Shown in pieces: positions 11,092-21,623 of a stretch of DNA of 64,000 nt. Location: contig CAZWMQ010000001.1 in the NCBI GenBank assembly GCA_964635125.1, forward strand, positions 211,272 to 275,271, given 5' to 3'. Position 1 is the first letter of the stretch; the number at the start of each line of letters is the position of its first letter. The notes beneath the pieces were generated by a model. The model was not told the DNA's origin and ran no database searches. It saw only the letters and a program-made list of their open reading frames with translations. The stretch is from an uncultured Candidatus Saccharibacteria bacterium (GTDB lineage: Bacteria > Patescibacteriota > Minisyncoccia > Phycocordibacterales > UBA5272). Made by a program: the position numbers and the translations under genes.

Positions 11092-12168
11092 ATGAAAAAT
11101 GTAGCTATTAATGGTTTTGGAAGAATTGGGCGAGCTTATTTAAAATTAGTCTTGAGTGATAAAGTGGTAGAAGAGAATTTAAATATTGTGGCAATTAATG
11201 ATCTGGGTGATTTAGATAATTTAATTTATCTTTTAAAGTATGACACAGTTTATCGTCGTGATATTTTTAAAAGCATATCTAGTAGAGTGGTGAGTGATAA
11301 TGAGAAATATTTAGTAATTGAATTTATTGATAATAGTAAAAAAGAAATTCGATATATTTCGGAGAAAGATACTAGTAAATTTATTCAAAATAAGATCTGA
11401 GGTAATTTAGGAGTAGATATTGTAGTGGAGTCTACTGGATTATTTATTAGTGCGGATAAAGCTTATTTTCATATTGAAGCTGGGGCTAAGAGAGTGGTAA
11501 TCACTGCTCCTACGAAAGATTTAAAAGATGCGAAGCGAGTAGCCGACACAGTCTTAATGGGAGTTAATGAAGAATATTTAAAGAAAAATATAATCACTAG
11601 TAATGCTTCTTGTACCACTAACTCTATTTCTCCGGTAGTGGCTATTTTAGATGAGACTTTAGGAATTGAGAAAGCAGTTCTTAATACAGTTCATTCTTAT
11701 ACTGCTTCGCAAAAAATTGTCGACGGTCCAGATAATAAGAATTGACGATTAGGTAGAGCTGGAGCTCAGAACATAATTCCTTCAACCACTGGGGCGGCAA
11801 TTGCTTTAACTAAAGCCTTTCCTAAATTAGATAGTTTATTTGACGGTATTTCAATCCGAGTTCCAACTGTAGCTGGAAGTATTGCTGATCTTACTTTTGT
11901 TGCCAAAAGAGACACCACAGTTGAAGAAGTTAATCGTATTTTAAAAAATGCTTCCCAAACTGAGAAGTGAAAGAAATTATTAGCCGTGACCGATGAACAA
12001 TTAGTTTCTTCAGATATTTTAGGATTAAGATTTGCTAGTATTGTGGACTCCTTAAACACTAAAGTAGTCGGTGGAAATCTAGTAAAGGTTTTAGCTTGAT
12101 ATGATAATGAGATAGGATACACTAATACTTTAGTAGAGCATACGATGAAAGTAGCAAAAATAATTTAA
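11092..12168 (+). CDS. gap: glyceraldehyde-3-phosphate dehydrogenase
   Basis: NGFGRIGR and SNASCTTN. Four in-frame TGA codons at conserved Trp positions (KIWGNLGVD, DNKNWRLGRAGAQNIIPSTTGAA, VLAWYDNEIGY). Confidence 0.9.
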
Positions 12169-12172
12169 GTTT

Positions 12173-12490
12173 ATGAATTGGCTCATACCTTTATTTATTT
12201 TAATATTTTTTGAAGGTATCGCTGATATTTTAGCTAAGTATTGGTCATTAAGGGGGGGGTGATGGTTTGCAATGTTAGCCTTAATTGCTTACTTAGTCGC
12301 TAATTCTTTTTGGTTATTTGCTTTAAAAAATGGATCTGGCTTAGCAAAAGGGGCAGTGATATTTTCCATATCTTCAGCCTTAGTCGCTATATTACTCGGA
12401 GTGTTTTTATATAATGAAGATTTAACTAAGATTCAATATTTAGGAATTTTATTTGGTGTAATTTCGCTTATTTTAATTTTTTGAAAATAG
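12173..12490 (+). CDS. SMR-family small membrane transporter (EmrE/ArnE-like)
   Basis: About 105 aa with 4 TM helices and a conserved membrane-embedded Glu (IFFEGIADIL). Two TGA-Trp codons. It contains a G8 homopolymer. Confidence 0.55.
12252..12259 (+). repeat. poly-G (G8) homopolymeric tract inside a CDS
   Basis: aGGGGGGGGt in an otherwise roughly 30% GC genome, immediately followed by TGA TGG. Confidence 0.9.
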
Positions 12491-12535
12491 TCATATTTTT
12501 TATAGTATAATAAAAGTATATAAATAATATTAATT

Positions 12536-13144
12536 ATGAAGATATATTTAGCTACAGATCATGCCGGATTTGAAATGAAAGAAGCGGTTAAGCTTTATTT
12601 AGAAGTAGAGAAAGATAATCTCTTAAAAAGCTTAACTAAACTTGGAAAAGTTATTCAAGATATAGAGATTGTGGATATGGGAGCTTATAAATATGATGAA
12701 GGAGATGATTATCCAGAGTTTATTTCAGCAGCTGCTGGAGCTTTGTCTTCGGATATTTATTTAGGGAATCAAGAGAATCGAGGAATTATTTTAGGTGGAT
12801 CCGGTGAAGGTGAAGCTATGGTGGCTATGAAATATACGGGAATAAGAGCTGGAGTAATTAATAATGAAAATATGGACTTAGTAAAATTACTGCGAGAACA
12901 TAATAATGCTAATATTATATCGTTAGGAGCAAGATTTATCAGTACAGAATTTGCCAAAGAGGCAGTGAAGATATTTCTCTTAACTAATTTTGTAGAAATG
13001 AAAGATGGCAAGAAAACCAGACATAAAAGAAGAATTGATGAGATAGGGGAAATTGAAGAAGAGGAGATTGGTAAAGTTTCTAAAGATGCCCTTGAGGAAT
13101 TGTCGATTTTTGAATCGATGCGAAATGAAGTCAAAGATAATTAA
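12536..13144 (+). CDS. rpiB: ribose-5-phosphate isomerase B (RpiB/LacAB family) with an acidic C-terminal extension
   Basis: MKIYLATDHAGFEMKEAV... and GIILGGSGEGEAMVAMKYTGIRAG. Confidence 0.8.
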   Translation: MKIYLATDHAGFEMKEAVKLYLEVEKDNLLKSLTKLGKVIQDIEIVDMGAYKYDEGDDYPEFISAAAGALSSDIYLGNQENRGIILGGSGEGEAMVAMKYTGIRAGVINNENMDLVKLLREHNNANIISLGARFISTEFAKEAVKIFLLTNFVEMKDGKKTRHKRRIDEIGEIEEEEIGKVSKDALEELSIFESMRNEVKDN

Positions 13145-13147
13145 AAT

Positions 13148-13864
13148 ATGATTATTATTCCAGCTATTTTAGAAAAGGATTTCTTATCAATTGAGAAAGA
13201 TTTAACCAAATTAAGTAATTTAAAAGAGAAATATGGTTTAGATTTTCAAGTTATACAAATTGATATTGTTGATGGTAAATTCGCTAATAATCAGACTTAT
13301 CTTTTCCAAAATATAGATGAAGTAGAATTTGAACAAGTTAGATTAGAATTAATTAACTTTAGTCGATATTTTGAGATTGAATATCATTTAATGTGTGAAG
13401 ATCAATTGGAATATTTTAAAAAAGTTGTTGATCTGGGAGCGAAGAGAGTGGTAATTCATACTGATAATCTGAATAATATAGATATAATTGAAACTATCAT
13501 CGAGATAGCTAATAATAGAACTATTGAATTAATTATCACTAGTAAATTAAACTTTATGGAAGATAATAAAGAAAAGATTACTGAATTTCTCTCAACTTAT
13601 ACTGAAATTGATTTACAAATTATGGGAATAGATAATTTAGGATTACAAGGGCAGGTTTTTAATACGAAATGTTTAGAATTAGTTAAATATTTTAAAGATA
13701 TAAAAGGTCTAGAAAATTTAAAAATACAAATTGATGGTGGAGTTAATCAAGAGACTATTACTGAAATAACTAATTCTAAAGTCGATAAAGTAGTAGTTGG
13801 ATCATATCTAATGAAATATGACGATGAAGAATTTGTTAGAAATTATAAAAGTTTGAGAGTATAG
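13148..13864 (+). CDS. rpe: ribulose-phosphate 3-epimerase-like (divergent)
   Basis: TIM-barrel pattern IDIVDG(K)F, HLMCED and IQIDGGVN, resembling Rpe. Confidence 0.6.
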   Translation: MIIIPAILEKDFLSIEKDLTKLSNLKEKYGLDFQVIQIDIVDGKFANNQTYLFQNIDEVEFEQVRLELINFSRYFEIEYHLMCEDQLEYFKKVVDLGAKRVVIHTDNLNNIDIIETIIEIANNRTIELIITSKLNFMEDNKEKITEFLSTYTEIDLQIMGIDNLGLQGQVFNTKCLELVKYFKDIKGLENLKIQIDGGVNQETITEITNSKVDKVVVGSYLMKYDDEEFVRNYKSLRV

Positions 13865-13895
13865 GAAATACTTTATTATGCTATAATTTAAGGAT

Positions 13896-14558
13896 ATGAA
13901 AACTTTAACTCAAAATGAAGTTGAGGCCTTAAACCGTGTTAAAGAAGATGTAGAAATAACCATTGATGGTAAATTTCAAGATTTTAATAGTTTAGTAAAG
14001 AAACAATTGAAATCTTTAGCTTCTATTATGATTGCTTTATATTTCAAATCCTTAAATCATAATCCTAAAAATCCCAATTGGGCTAATCGAGATCTAGCAT
14101 TTTTTACTAATAATTATAGTAATATTGTCTCAAATATCGTAAAAGTTCATGCTGGATATGATGAGTTCCAGAATTTAGAAAAGTATTTAAAGGAGAATTC
14201 TTTTTTAAAATCTGAGAATACTTTTGGTGATGCCATTGGACATTATGTGGTAGCTCGCGAGTCTAACACTCATCATGAGAGATTCTTTTATGTGGTAGTT
14301 TCAGGATTAGATCTTTTAAATAATATTTCAGCTTTAGAATTTATTTTAAAAAATAATATGCGAAGAGTAATAATCTTAGCTTATACCAATAAAGAAGAAG
14401 AGGAGGTGAATAAAGAAAATAAATTAAATGGTCGATTGATTAATTTAGGATTTGATACTTTAGTGGTTGACGGAATTAATCCTGTAGCCATCTGTGAAGC
14501 AATTTTATATGCTAAGAAAATAGAAAAACCAAGTGTAATTTTAGCTAATTTAAATTAA
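13896..14558 (+). CDS. transketolase N-terminal-subunit-like protein (highly divergent)
   Basis: HNPKNPNWANRDLAFFTNNY resembles the transketolase N-terminal NP(x)NPxWxDRDRFVLS(N)GH, but I cannot find the TPP-binding GDG motif. Confidence 0.45.
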   Translation: MKTLTQNEVEALNRVKEDVEITIDGKFQDFNSLVKKQLKSLASIMIALYFKSLNHNPKNPNWANRDLAFFTNNYSNIVSNIVKVHAGYDEFQNLEKYLKENSFLKSENTFGDAIGHYVVARESNTHHERFFYVVVSGLDLLNNISALEFILKNNMRRVIILAYTNKEEEEVNKENKLNGRLINLGFDTLVVDGINPVAICEAILYAKKIEKPSVILANLN

Positions 14559-14562
14559 AAAT

Positions 14563-15600
14563 ATGTTAGAAAAAGATTTATTTAATAAAGGAATTCCAAA
14601 ATCTCAAAATATGATTGAGAATAGTTTTTTAACTTTAGCTAATTTTCAGGATGAGAATAACACAATTCTAAAAGTCGATAATTTAGAAGAAACAGTTCGT
14701 AATGTTAAGCATATTTTCCGAGCCGAAGAAGCTCTTCAGATCTCAGCAATTATTTCTAAAGAAAGATCTCAAAATGTTTTCTTAATTAACGAAGCTTATA
14801 ATGATAATTTAAAAAATAACAGTACTTCTTTAATGGATAATTTCTATAAATTATATGCTGGATTAAATAAAGTTATTCTAAGAGATTATAAAAATATAAA
14901 TGTTTCTATTTTAAATATGCAATGTCCATTAGTTCACGAGGAGAATAGTTTAGAAGAGGATTTGTATTTGCCGAGTTTAGAAACGACTAATGATATAGCT
15001 ATTTTAAGAAATTTAGGAGGAGTGAATATTTTCTCTCCGGCTGATGCAATTCAAGCCGAGTATTTATTAAAAGTCGTCGAGAAAGATTTATTTAAAAAAG
15101 ATAAAAGTAATTTCTCTTATTTTAAATTAATTAGTAGTCAAAGTCCGATAATTTATGATAGGAATTATTTTGAAAAAGATGGTCATATTAAGGAATGGTC
15201 TCCTATTCCGGAGATTATTTATATGTCACATAATTTAGAAGCTAATTATACTGTGGGGATTATTGCTACAGGTCCAATTCTTTATAATGCTATTTTAGCG
15301 GCGAAAGATTTAGAAAGTAATGGTTATAAAGTTCAAGTTATAAATATTTCTCTAATCTCTTCAAACAGTGAATATGTAAATAGTAAAATAAAAGAGTATT
15401 TGAATAATTTCTGTGAAAATAATAAGAATATTCTTACAGTTGAAGAACATTCTAAAGTTGGAGGAATCGGCAGTTTAGTCTCCGAAATTATTGCTCAAAA
15501 CAAAAGCTATACTACGATTAAAGTCGAAAGTTTAGGAATTGAAGATAATCTTTCTCCAAGAAATATTATTAGTAAAGCCGAAGAGTTGAGTGGATATTAA
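14563..15600 (+). CDS. transketolase C-terminal-subunit-like protein (highly divergent)
   Basis: TVEEHSKVGGIGSLVSE resembles the transketolase C-terminal domain. The catalytic motifs are degenerate. Confidence 0.5.
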   Translation: MLEKDLFNKGIPKSQNMIENSFLTLANFQDENNTILKVDNLEETVRNVKHIFRAEEALQISAIISKERSQNVFLINEAYNDNLKNNSTSLMDNFYKLYAGLNKVILRDYKNINVSILNMQCPLVHEENSLEEDLYLPSLETTNDIAILRNLGGVNIFSPADAIQAEYLLKVVEKDLFKKDKSNFSYFKLISSQSPIIYDRNYFEKDGHIKEWSPIPEIIYMSHNLEANYTVGIIATGPILYNAILAAKDLESNGYKVQVINISLISSNSEYVNSKIKEYLNNFCENNKNILTVEEHSKVGGIGSLVSEIIAQNKSYTTIKVESLGIEDNLSPRNIISKAEELSGY

Positions 15601-15635
15601 AATTAATCTAATTGTGTTATATTTCCATAATTATT

Positions 15636-17093
15636 ATGAGTGATTTTGATTTTAAAATTATTAAAAAATCTATTGAAGCTCCGCTTGCTAGAGTCGGAAT
15701 TATTCACACTCCACATGGAGATATTGAGACTCCAGCTTTTATTCCAGTTGGAACTAAAGCTACCATTAAAAGTATCTTGATTGAGGATTTTGAAAAATAT
15801 GTTGGAGCGGAAGCTCTGCTATCTAATACATATCATCTTTATCTTGAGCCAGGCGAAGAGATTGTTAAGTCTCAAGGCGGATTCGCTAAAATGATGAATT
15901 ATAATGGGCCAACTTTTACAGATTCGGGAGGGTTTCAAGTATTCTCACTCGGTGCGGCGATGGGAGTTGGAGTATCGAAAATATCTAAAAGAGAGGATTT
16001 AACTAATGAGAATATCGAAAAGAATTTGGAAAATAAAAATAATAAATTTAAGAATTTTATTTTAAAAAATAAATATTTATTTTTAGAATTATTAATCTCT
16101 CTAATGGTTGGGTTTATAGTAAGGGCCAATAGTGTAGATATGAATTTACTTTTAAATAGTGTGATTATGATTACTATTTTCTTAATAATTGATAATTTAT
16201 TTTTCAAAAAGTATCGCTTAAAAGATAAATTATTATTTAAAGAGTTAGAAAATAAAGCAAAATCTCTAGTAAAGATAACCGAGAATGGAGTCGAGTTTCG
16301 AAGTGTTTTTGATGGGTCGAAACATTTCTTTACTCCTGAGAAGTCAATGGAGATTCAACATGATCTTGGTGGAGATATATTTTTCGCTTTTGATGAATGT
16401 ACTTCACCCTTAGCAAATTATGATTATCAAGTGGAAGCTTTAAATAGAACTCATCGTTGAGCGAAGCGGTCTTTAAAAAGGCATCTGGAATTAGGGAAAA
16501 GTACAGCTACTGGAGAAAATCAAGCTCTCTATGCCGTAGTTCAAGGTGGAAAGTTTGACGAGCTTCGTAAAGAAAGTGCCAAAGTCTTAAGTGAAATGCA
16601 AGTTGCTGGAGTAGGGTTTGCTGGATTTGGAATTGGCGGGAGTTTTACGAAAAAAGATATGGCAAAAACCGTTAAGATTGCTACTGAAAATCTTCCAGAA
16701 GATAAACCAAGGCATCTTTTAGGAATTGGAGAAATCGAGGATTTATTTTTAGGTATTGAATATGGAATTGATACTTTTGATTGTGTCACTCCAACTCGGA
16801 TCGCTAGGAATGGTACCATCTATACCAAGAATGGAAAAATTAATTTATTTAATGCTAAATACAAAAAGGATTATAGCCCAATTTGTGATGATGAAAGTTG
16901 TTATACTCATCAATACACTAAGAGTTATTTAGCACATTTATTTCGCTCGCATGAAATGATTGCCTCAACCATTGCCTCAATTCATAATTTACATTTTATT
17001 GTGCATTTAGTGAAAGATATTCGGCAAAGCATATTAGAAGATAGATTTTTAGAATTTAAAAAAGAATATCTTAAGAATTATAAAAACAATTAA
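15636..17093 (+). CDS. tgt: queuine tRNA-ribosyltransferase with a ~105-aa internal insertion
   Basis: PVGT, TDSGGFQVFSL, EKSMEIQHDLGGDI, FDEC and RTHRW(TGA at 16458-16460)AKRS. Asp/Zn region VTPTRIARNG...C..C.C..H. Confidence 0.85.
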
Positions 17094-17170
17094 TATAGAC
17101 ATTTCAAATTTATGTGATATAATAAAGTTGGTTCTTTAATTTTAATTTTTCACCTATTAAAAACTTCAAA

Positions 17171-17560
17171 ATGAAAAGATTATTTTTTTATTGTACCCAA
17201 TCCACAAATTGTTTCGAAACAATTTTTGATTACGAAAAAGCTAAATTAGAAATTTATTTCAGTGGTACCCCTAAAGTTAATAATATATTAACTTTAGAAT
17301 CTGAAGCAGCAGCTATTGCTGCCAGGCAGTACTTAAAGTGTCAAAATTTTAAGTATATGAAAAGTCTAAATTGCCTTGATTTCGGGAATTTAGAGATTCT
17401 ACTTTCAGAAAAATCTTATGTAAAATCTTTAATTTTTCTTTCTAAAAATTTATTGCCCCAAAAATTTTTAAGAAGAGAGCGGATTTATGTTTCTGGTTAT
17501 AAAGATTTGATATTGTGGAAAATTCTTTCTAATAGAAATTTAAATTTCAATTTAGTTTAA
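17171..17560 (+). CDS. hypothetical protein
   Basis: 129-aa ORF. No recognised motif. Confidence 0.35.
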   Translation: MKRLFFYCTQSTNCFETIFDYEKAKLEIYFSGTPKVNNILTLESEAAAIAARQYLKCQNFKYMKSLNCLDFGNLEILLSEKSYVKSLIFLSKNLLPQKFLRRERIYVSGYKDLILWKILSNRNLNFNLV

Positions 17561-17645
17561 AATGATTGAAACCTCTTTCTAAAAAAGGGGTTTTTTTTAT
17601 TTTAAGAACCTTCAAAAAGTGTTTATTATTTGTTATTATAATAAA

Positions 17646-19700
17646 ATGATAAAAAACCCTACGAAATTTAAAATTGAAAGTAAGCTATCTCCAGCGGGAG
17701 ATCAACCTAAAGCCATCTTGGAAATTGTAAAGACTTTAGAAAAAAGTAAAACTAATAAAACCAAGATTACTTTGTTAGGTGCAACCGGAACAGGAAAGAC
17801 TTTCACTATGGCTAATGTTATCGAGAAGCTTCAAAAGCCAACTTTAGTGATTGCTCATAATAAGACATTAGCTGCACAGCTTGCTCAAGAGTTTAAGACT
17901 TTTTTCCCGAACAATGCTGTGCATTATTTCGTTTCTTATTACGATTATTATCAACCCGAGGCCTATATACCGAGAACCGATACTTATATTGAAAAAGATG
18001 CTCAGATTAATGAAGAAATTGACAGATTAAGACATGCTTCTACTCAATCTTTATTAACTAGAAATGATGTAATTATTGTTGCATCTGTATCTTGTATTTA
18101 TGGATTAGGTTCTCCAATTCAATATGAGAAAGTTAATCAGAGATTATCAGTTGGAGAGAAAGCTTCTAAAGTTGAACTAATGAAAAAGTTTGTCGAGATT
18201 CATTATGAAAGAACTAATGCTGATCTTATCCATGGAAAGTTCCGAGCTATTGGCAATCGGATTGATATTATGCCAATGAGTGAGACAATAATGTTACAGA
18301 TTGAGATCATTAATGGAATAATCTCAGAGTTAACCTTGATTGATCCAGTCTCAATGCGAGAGATTAAGAAAGTTCAAGAATATTTTATTTACCCTGCTAA
18401 GCATTTCATAGCCGACGAGATCACTAGACAAGAAGCCATTAAATTAATACAGAAAGAATTGAAAGAAAGAGTGAAAGAATTAGAAAAAGAAACTAAGAAG
18501 GGAAAAAATAAATTATTAGAGATTGAAAGATTAAAAAGAAGAACTCAATATGATATTTCTAGTATTAGAGAATTTGGCTATTGCTCTGGGATTGAGAATT
18601 ATTCTAGACATTTCTCTGCAAAGAAGGAAGGTGAAGCCCCAGACACATTACTTGATTATTTTAATATTAATGGACGAGATTTCTTAACTATGATTGATGA
18701 ATCTCATGTAAGCATTCCACAATTGCGAGGTATGTATAATGGAGATAGAGCCAGAAAGCAGACTTTGGTTGATTTTGGATTTCGCTTACCTAGTGCTAAA
18801 GATAATCGTCCATTAAGATATGAGGAATTTGAAGAGAGAGTTGATGAAGTGGTTTATGTTTCAGCTACTCCAGGAAATTATGAAAAAGAAGAATCAGTAA
18901 GAATTGTTGAGCAGATTATTCGTCCGACTGGATTAGTAGATCCTAAATTAGAAATTAAGCCGGTAATTGAGAAAGGTAAATATGAGGGTCAAGTTCAGGA
19001 CTTTATTAATGAATCAGTAAAAGAAATTAAAAACGGCGGTAGAGTTTTAGCCACAACCTTAACTAAGAAGATGGCTGAGGATTTAGCCGAATATTTAAAA
19101 GGTAAAAATCTACGAGCTGAATATTTGCATAGCGATATTAAAACTTTAGAGAGAATTGAAATATTAACCAGACTAAGAAAAGGGGAATTTGATTGTTTGG
19201 TTGGAGTTAATCTTTTACGAGAAGGCTTAGATTTACCAGAAGTGACTTTAATTGGAATATTGGATGCCGATAAGGAAGGATTTCTAAGGAGTGAGACTTC
19301 TTTAATCCAGACGATTGGGCGAGCCGCTAGAAATGTTAATGGTCGAGTTATACTTTATGCTGACCATTTAACTGGATCTTTAGATAGAGCAATTAAAGAA
19401 ACTGAGCGAAGAAGAAATATACAATTAGCTTATAATCAGGAACATAACATTACCCCAAAGACTATTACTAAGAAAATTCACGATATTACTGAAGAACTTA
19501 AAAAAGAGCATGATAGATCAGTAGAATTTAATTTAGCCATTGATGAGAAATTATTTAATCAAAATCCTAAGAAATTAATCAAAATGAAAGAAAAAGATAT
19601 GGCCGAAGCAGTGAAAAACTTAGATTTTGAGACGGCGGCTATACTTCGTGATGAAATAAATCTGTTAAGAAATAAAATAAATAAAAATACCACCCAATAA
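17646..19700 (+). CDS. uvrB: excinuclease ABC subunit B
   Basis: PAGDQPKAI, Walker A GATGTGKTFT, helicase motifs, and a C-terminal UVR domain (AAILRDEINLLR). Confidence 0.9.
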   Translation: MIKNPTKFKIESKLSPAGDQPKAILEIVKTLEKSKTNKTKITLLGATGTGKTFTMANVIEKLQKPTLVIAHNKTLAAQLAQEFKTFFPNNAVHYFVSYYDYYQPEAYIPRTDTYIEKDAQINEEIDRLRHASTQSLLTRNDVIIVASVSCIYGLGSPIQYEKVNQRLSVGEKASKVELMKKFVEIHYERTNADLIHGKFRAIGNRIDIMPMSETIMLQIEIINGIISELTLIDPVSMREIKKVQEYFIYPAKHFIADEITRQEAIKLIQKELKERVKELEKETKKGKNKLLEIERLKRRTQYDISSIREFGYCSGIENYSRHFSAKKEGEAPDTLLDYFNINGRDFLTMIDESHVSIPQLRGMYNGDRARKQTLVDFGFRLPSAKDNRPLRYEEFEERVDEVVYVSATPGNYEKEESVRIVEQIIRPTGLVDPKLEIKPVIEKGKYEGQVQDFINESVKEIKNGGRVLATTLTKKMAEDLAEYLKGKNLRAEYLHSDIKTLERIEILTRLRKGEFDCLVGVNLLREGLDLPEVTLIGILDADKEGFLRSETSLIQTIGRAARNVNGRVILYADHLTGSLDRAIKETERRRNIQLAYNQEHNITPKTITKKIHDITEELKKEHDRSVEFNLAIDEKLFNQNPKKLIKMKEKDMAEAVKNLDFETAAILRDEINLLRNKINKNTTQ

Positions 19701-19729
19701 CTTTTTATAGGATGGTATACAATTTTTTA

Positions 19730-20206
19730 TTAATATTCATAATTCACTAAACCTACTTCTTCTTTCCATTTTTTAAACCTATTTTTAGTGAGTTTTTTCT
19801 TCAAAAAGTCACATTTTAAATAATTCGAAGATTTTTCCTGATCTCTTCTTGATTCTTTATTGGAATTAAATAAAATTATTCCAATAATAGTTCCGACAGG
19901 ATTATCTTTATCAGCGGGAACCGGTTGTAAATGTTTTTCATTTGATTTGTCCCAGTCCCAACAATTGCACTCAAGAATTTCTAAAGCTTGGAGAAATTCT
20001 GATGCAGAAAGTACGGGTACATTTCTGTTCATCTCTACAAAACCTTTTTCGGCTTTTTGTCCAAATATTTTTTGTATATTTTCGCATATAGATAAGAAAT
20101 GTTTACTTGAAACATCTCCATAATTTACACCTCTACCGCTGTAAAAACTTGATCTGGTAGACATAACTGCCTTGTGAATTATTTCAAGAAGTTTTTCTGA
20201 AAACAT
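19730..20206 (-). CDS. hypothetical protein
   Basis: 158-aa ORF. No recognised motif. Confidence 0.4.
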   Translation of the reverse strand: MFSEKLLEIIHKAVMSTRSSFYSGRGVNYGDVSSKHFLSICENIQKIFGQKAEKGFVEMNRNVPVLSASEFLQALEILECNCWDWDKSNEKHLQPVPADKDNPVGTIIGIILFNSNKESRRDQEKSSNYLKCDFLKKKLTKNRFKKWKEEVGLVNYEY

Positions 20207-20376
20207 AATTTTGTTTTTAATTTTATGAAGAATTGTTATTTACCAGACATACAATATCAAATTTATTATAGTATGTCAAGGTATTTTAAATGAAATAAAT
20301 CTGTTAAAAATCAAGAGTAGCCAAAAAAAATAGATAATGTTAGACTTTAATTATACTAATAAAGTATAGAAAATAT

Positions 20377-20997
20377 ATGAAAAAGATAGATTTTAAAAAC
20401 AAAAAGACAACCTGGTGGTTAATTGGTTTATTAATAGTGATTATTTTACTTATTTTATTCTTTAAGAATTTACAAGGTAAGCCTTTCTTTAACAATAGTA
20501 ATCAGAATAATTTAGTTGATATTGCTAATAGCGAGGATTATTCTAAGTATGAAGGTAGTGCTAAAGCTAGCTTTGAAGGTGATCATAGTTTAGATTTTAA
20601 ATTTTTACATAAAAATGATATTGAGGTTGTTCAAGGAACAGGTGATCAAGTGAGATGATTTAAATTAGTCAATGCTTCTGGAACTAACGATGTAACTTTA
20701 TACTTCACTTATGAAGGCGGACGAGGTTATTCTGCAGATGACTATATTAATGAAGTATTTAAGAAAAATAATGCTTCAGTAACTGTGGAGCAAGTTAAAT
20801 TCACCGATAGTGATTCTCCAGTAGTTCAGCATGTAATTAATGATAATAATAGTGAATATTATGTTGAAGCTTTTCAAGGAGCTGATGGTAGCCCATGGAT
20901 TGCGATTGTTGAAAATAACAATGCTAATGATAATGATATGGCTAATGTGGCTAAGGATTTAATCCGAAGTTTAGAATTGGTTGCAGTTAAAGCATAA
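20377..20997 (+). CDS. hypothetical membrane-anchored / secreted protein
   Basis: N-terminal TM helix. One in-frame TGA at 20659-20661 joins track ORFs 20377-20658 and 20785-20997. Confidence 0.45.
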
Positions 20998-21060
20998 TCT
21001 AGTAATATTAAATTAAATTTAAAATAAAAATCTCTTTTAGAGTCAAAAGGGATTTTGTTT

Positions 21061-21453
21061 TTATAGTTTTTGCAGTACTATGATAATAGCTTTTTCAGCA
21101 ATCTTTTTTATGGATTTTTTTAGAAGTTCGGTATTATCGATTTGTATACCAGTTTCCTCAACTTCTAAATACTCTCCATGAACAGCTATTTGTTGCTGAA
21201 GCCAGTCCGTAGCTGTTTTAGGGTTGATAGTGGAATAATTAGTTAATTTCAGCCAAGAGAATTGCTTTAATAATTCCTCACTCATATTTTTTTTAACCTC
21301 TTCAAATTCTTCAACTATAATTTCTCCACAACTCGGACTAAATCCGAGCATAAATTTATAAAGATCTTGAAGATCTTTAATGCCAAAAGGCGATACAAAT
21401 TTTGATTGATAGCAAGAGAAGATTGTTCCAAGGTGAAATTTTCTTTTTTCCAT
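21061..21453 (-). CDS. hypothetical protein
   Basis: 130-aa ORF. No recognised motif. Confidence 0.4.
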   Translation of the reverse strand: MEKRKFHLGTIFSCYQSKFVSPFGIKDLQDLYKFMLGFSPSCGEIIVEEFEEVKKNMSEELLKQFSWLKLTNYSTINPKTATDWLQQQIAVHGEYLEVEETGIQIDNTELLKKSIKKIAEKAIIIVLQKL

Positions 21454-21507
21454 CGCATTTAAATTTTAAAATTAAAAATATTATTTCTTATTAAGAACGA
21501 TATATTT

Positions 21508-21532
21508 ATACTATATAACATTTATATAGTAT
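21508..21532. promoter_or_regulatory. perfect 11-bp inverted repeat (candidate operator)
   Basis: ATACTATATAA-cat-TTATATAGTAT in the divergent intergenic region, about 90 bp upstream of uvrA. Confidence 0.35.
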
Positions 21533-21623
21533 ATGCCAAGTAAGTTTTCTAGTTTTTGGAAATTAATAAAGAATTATTTTATGTGGCTCTTTACTTTCTA
21601 TATAAAAATGATATAATTGCGAA

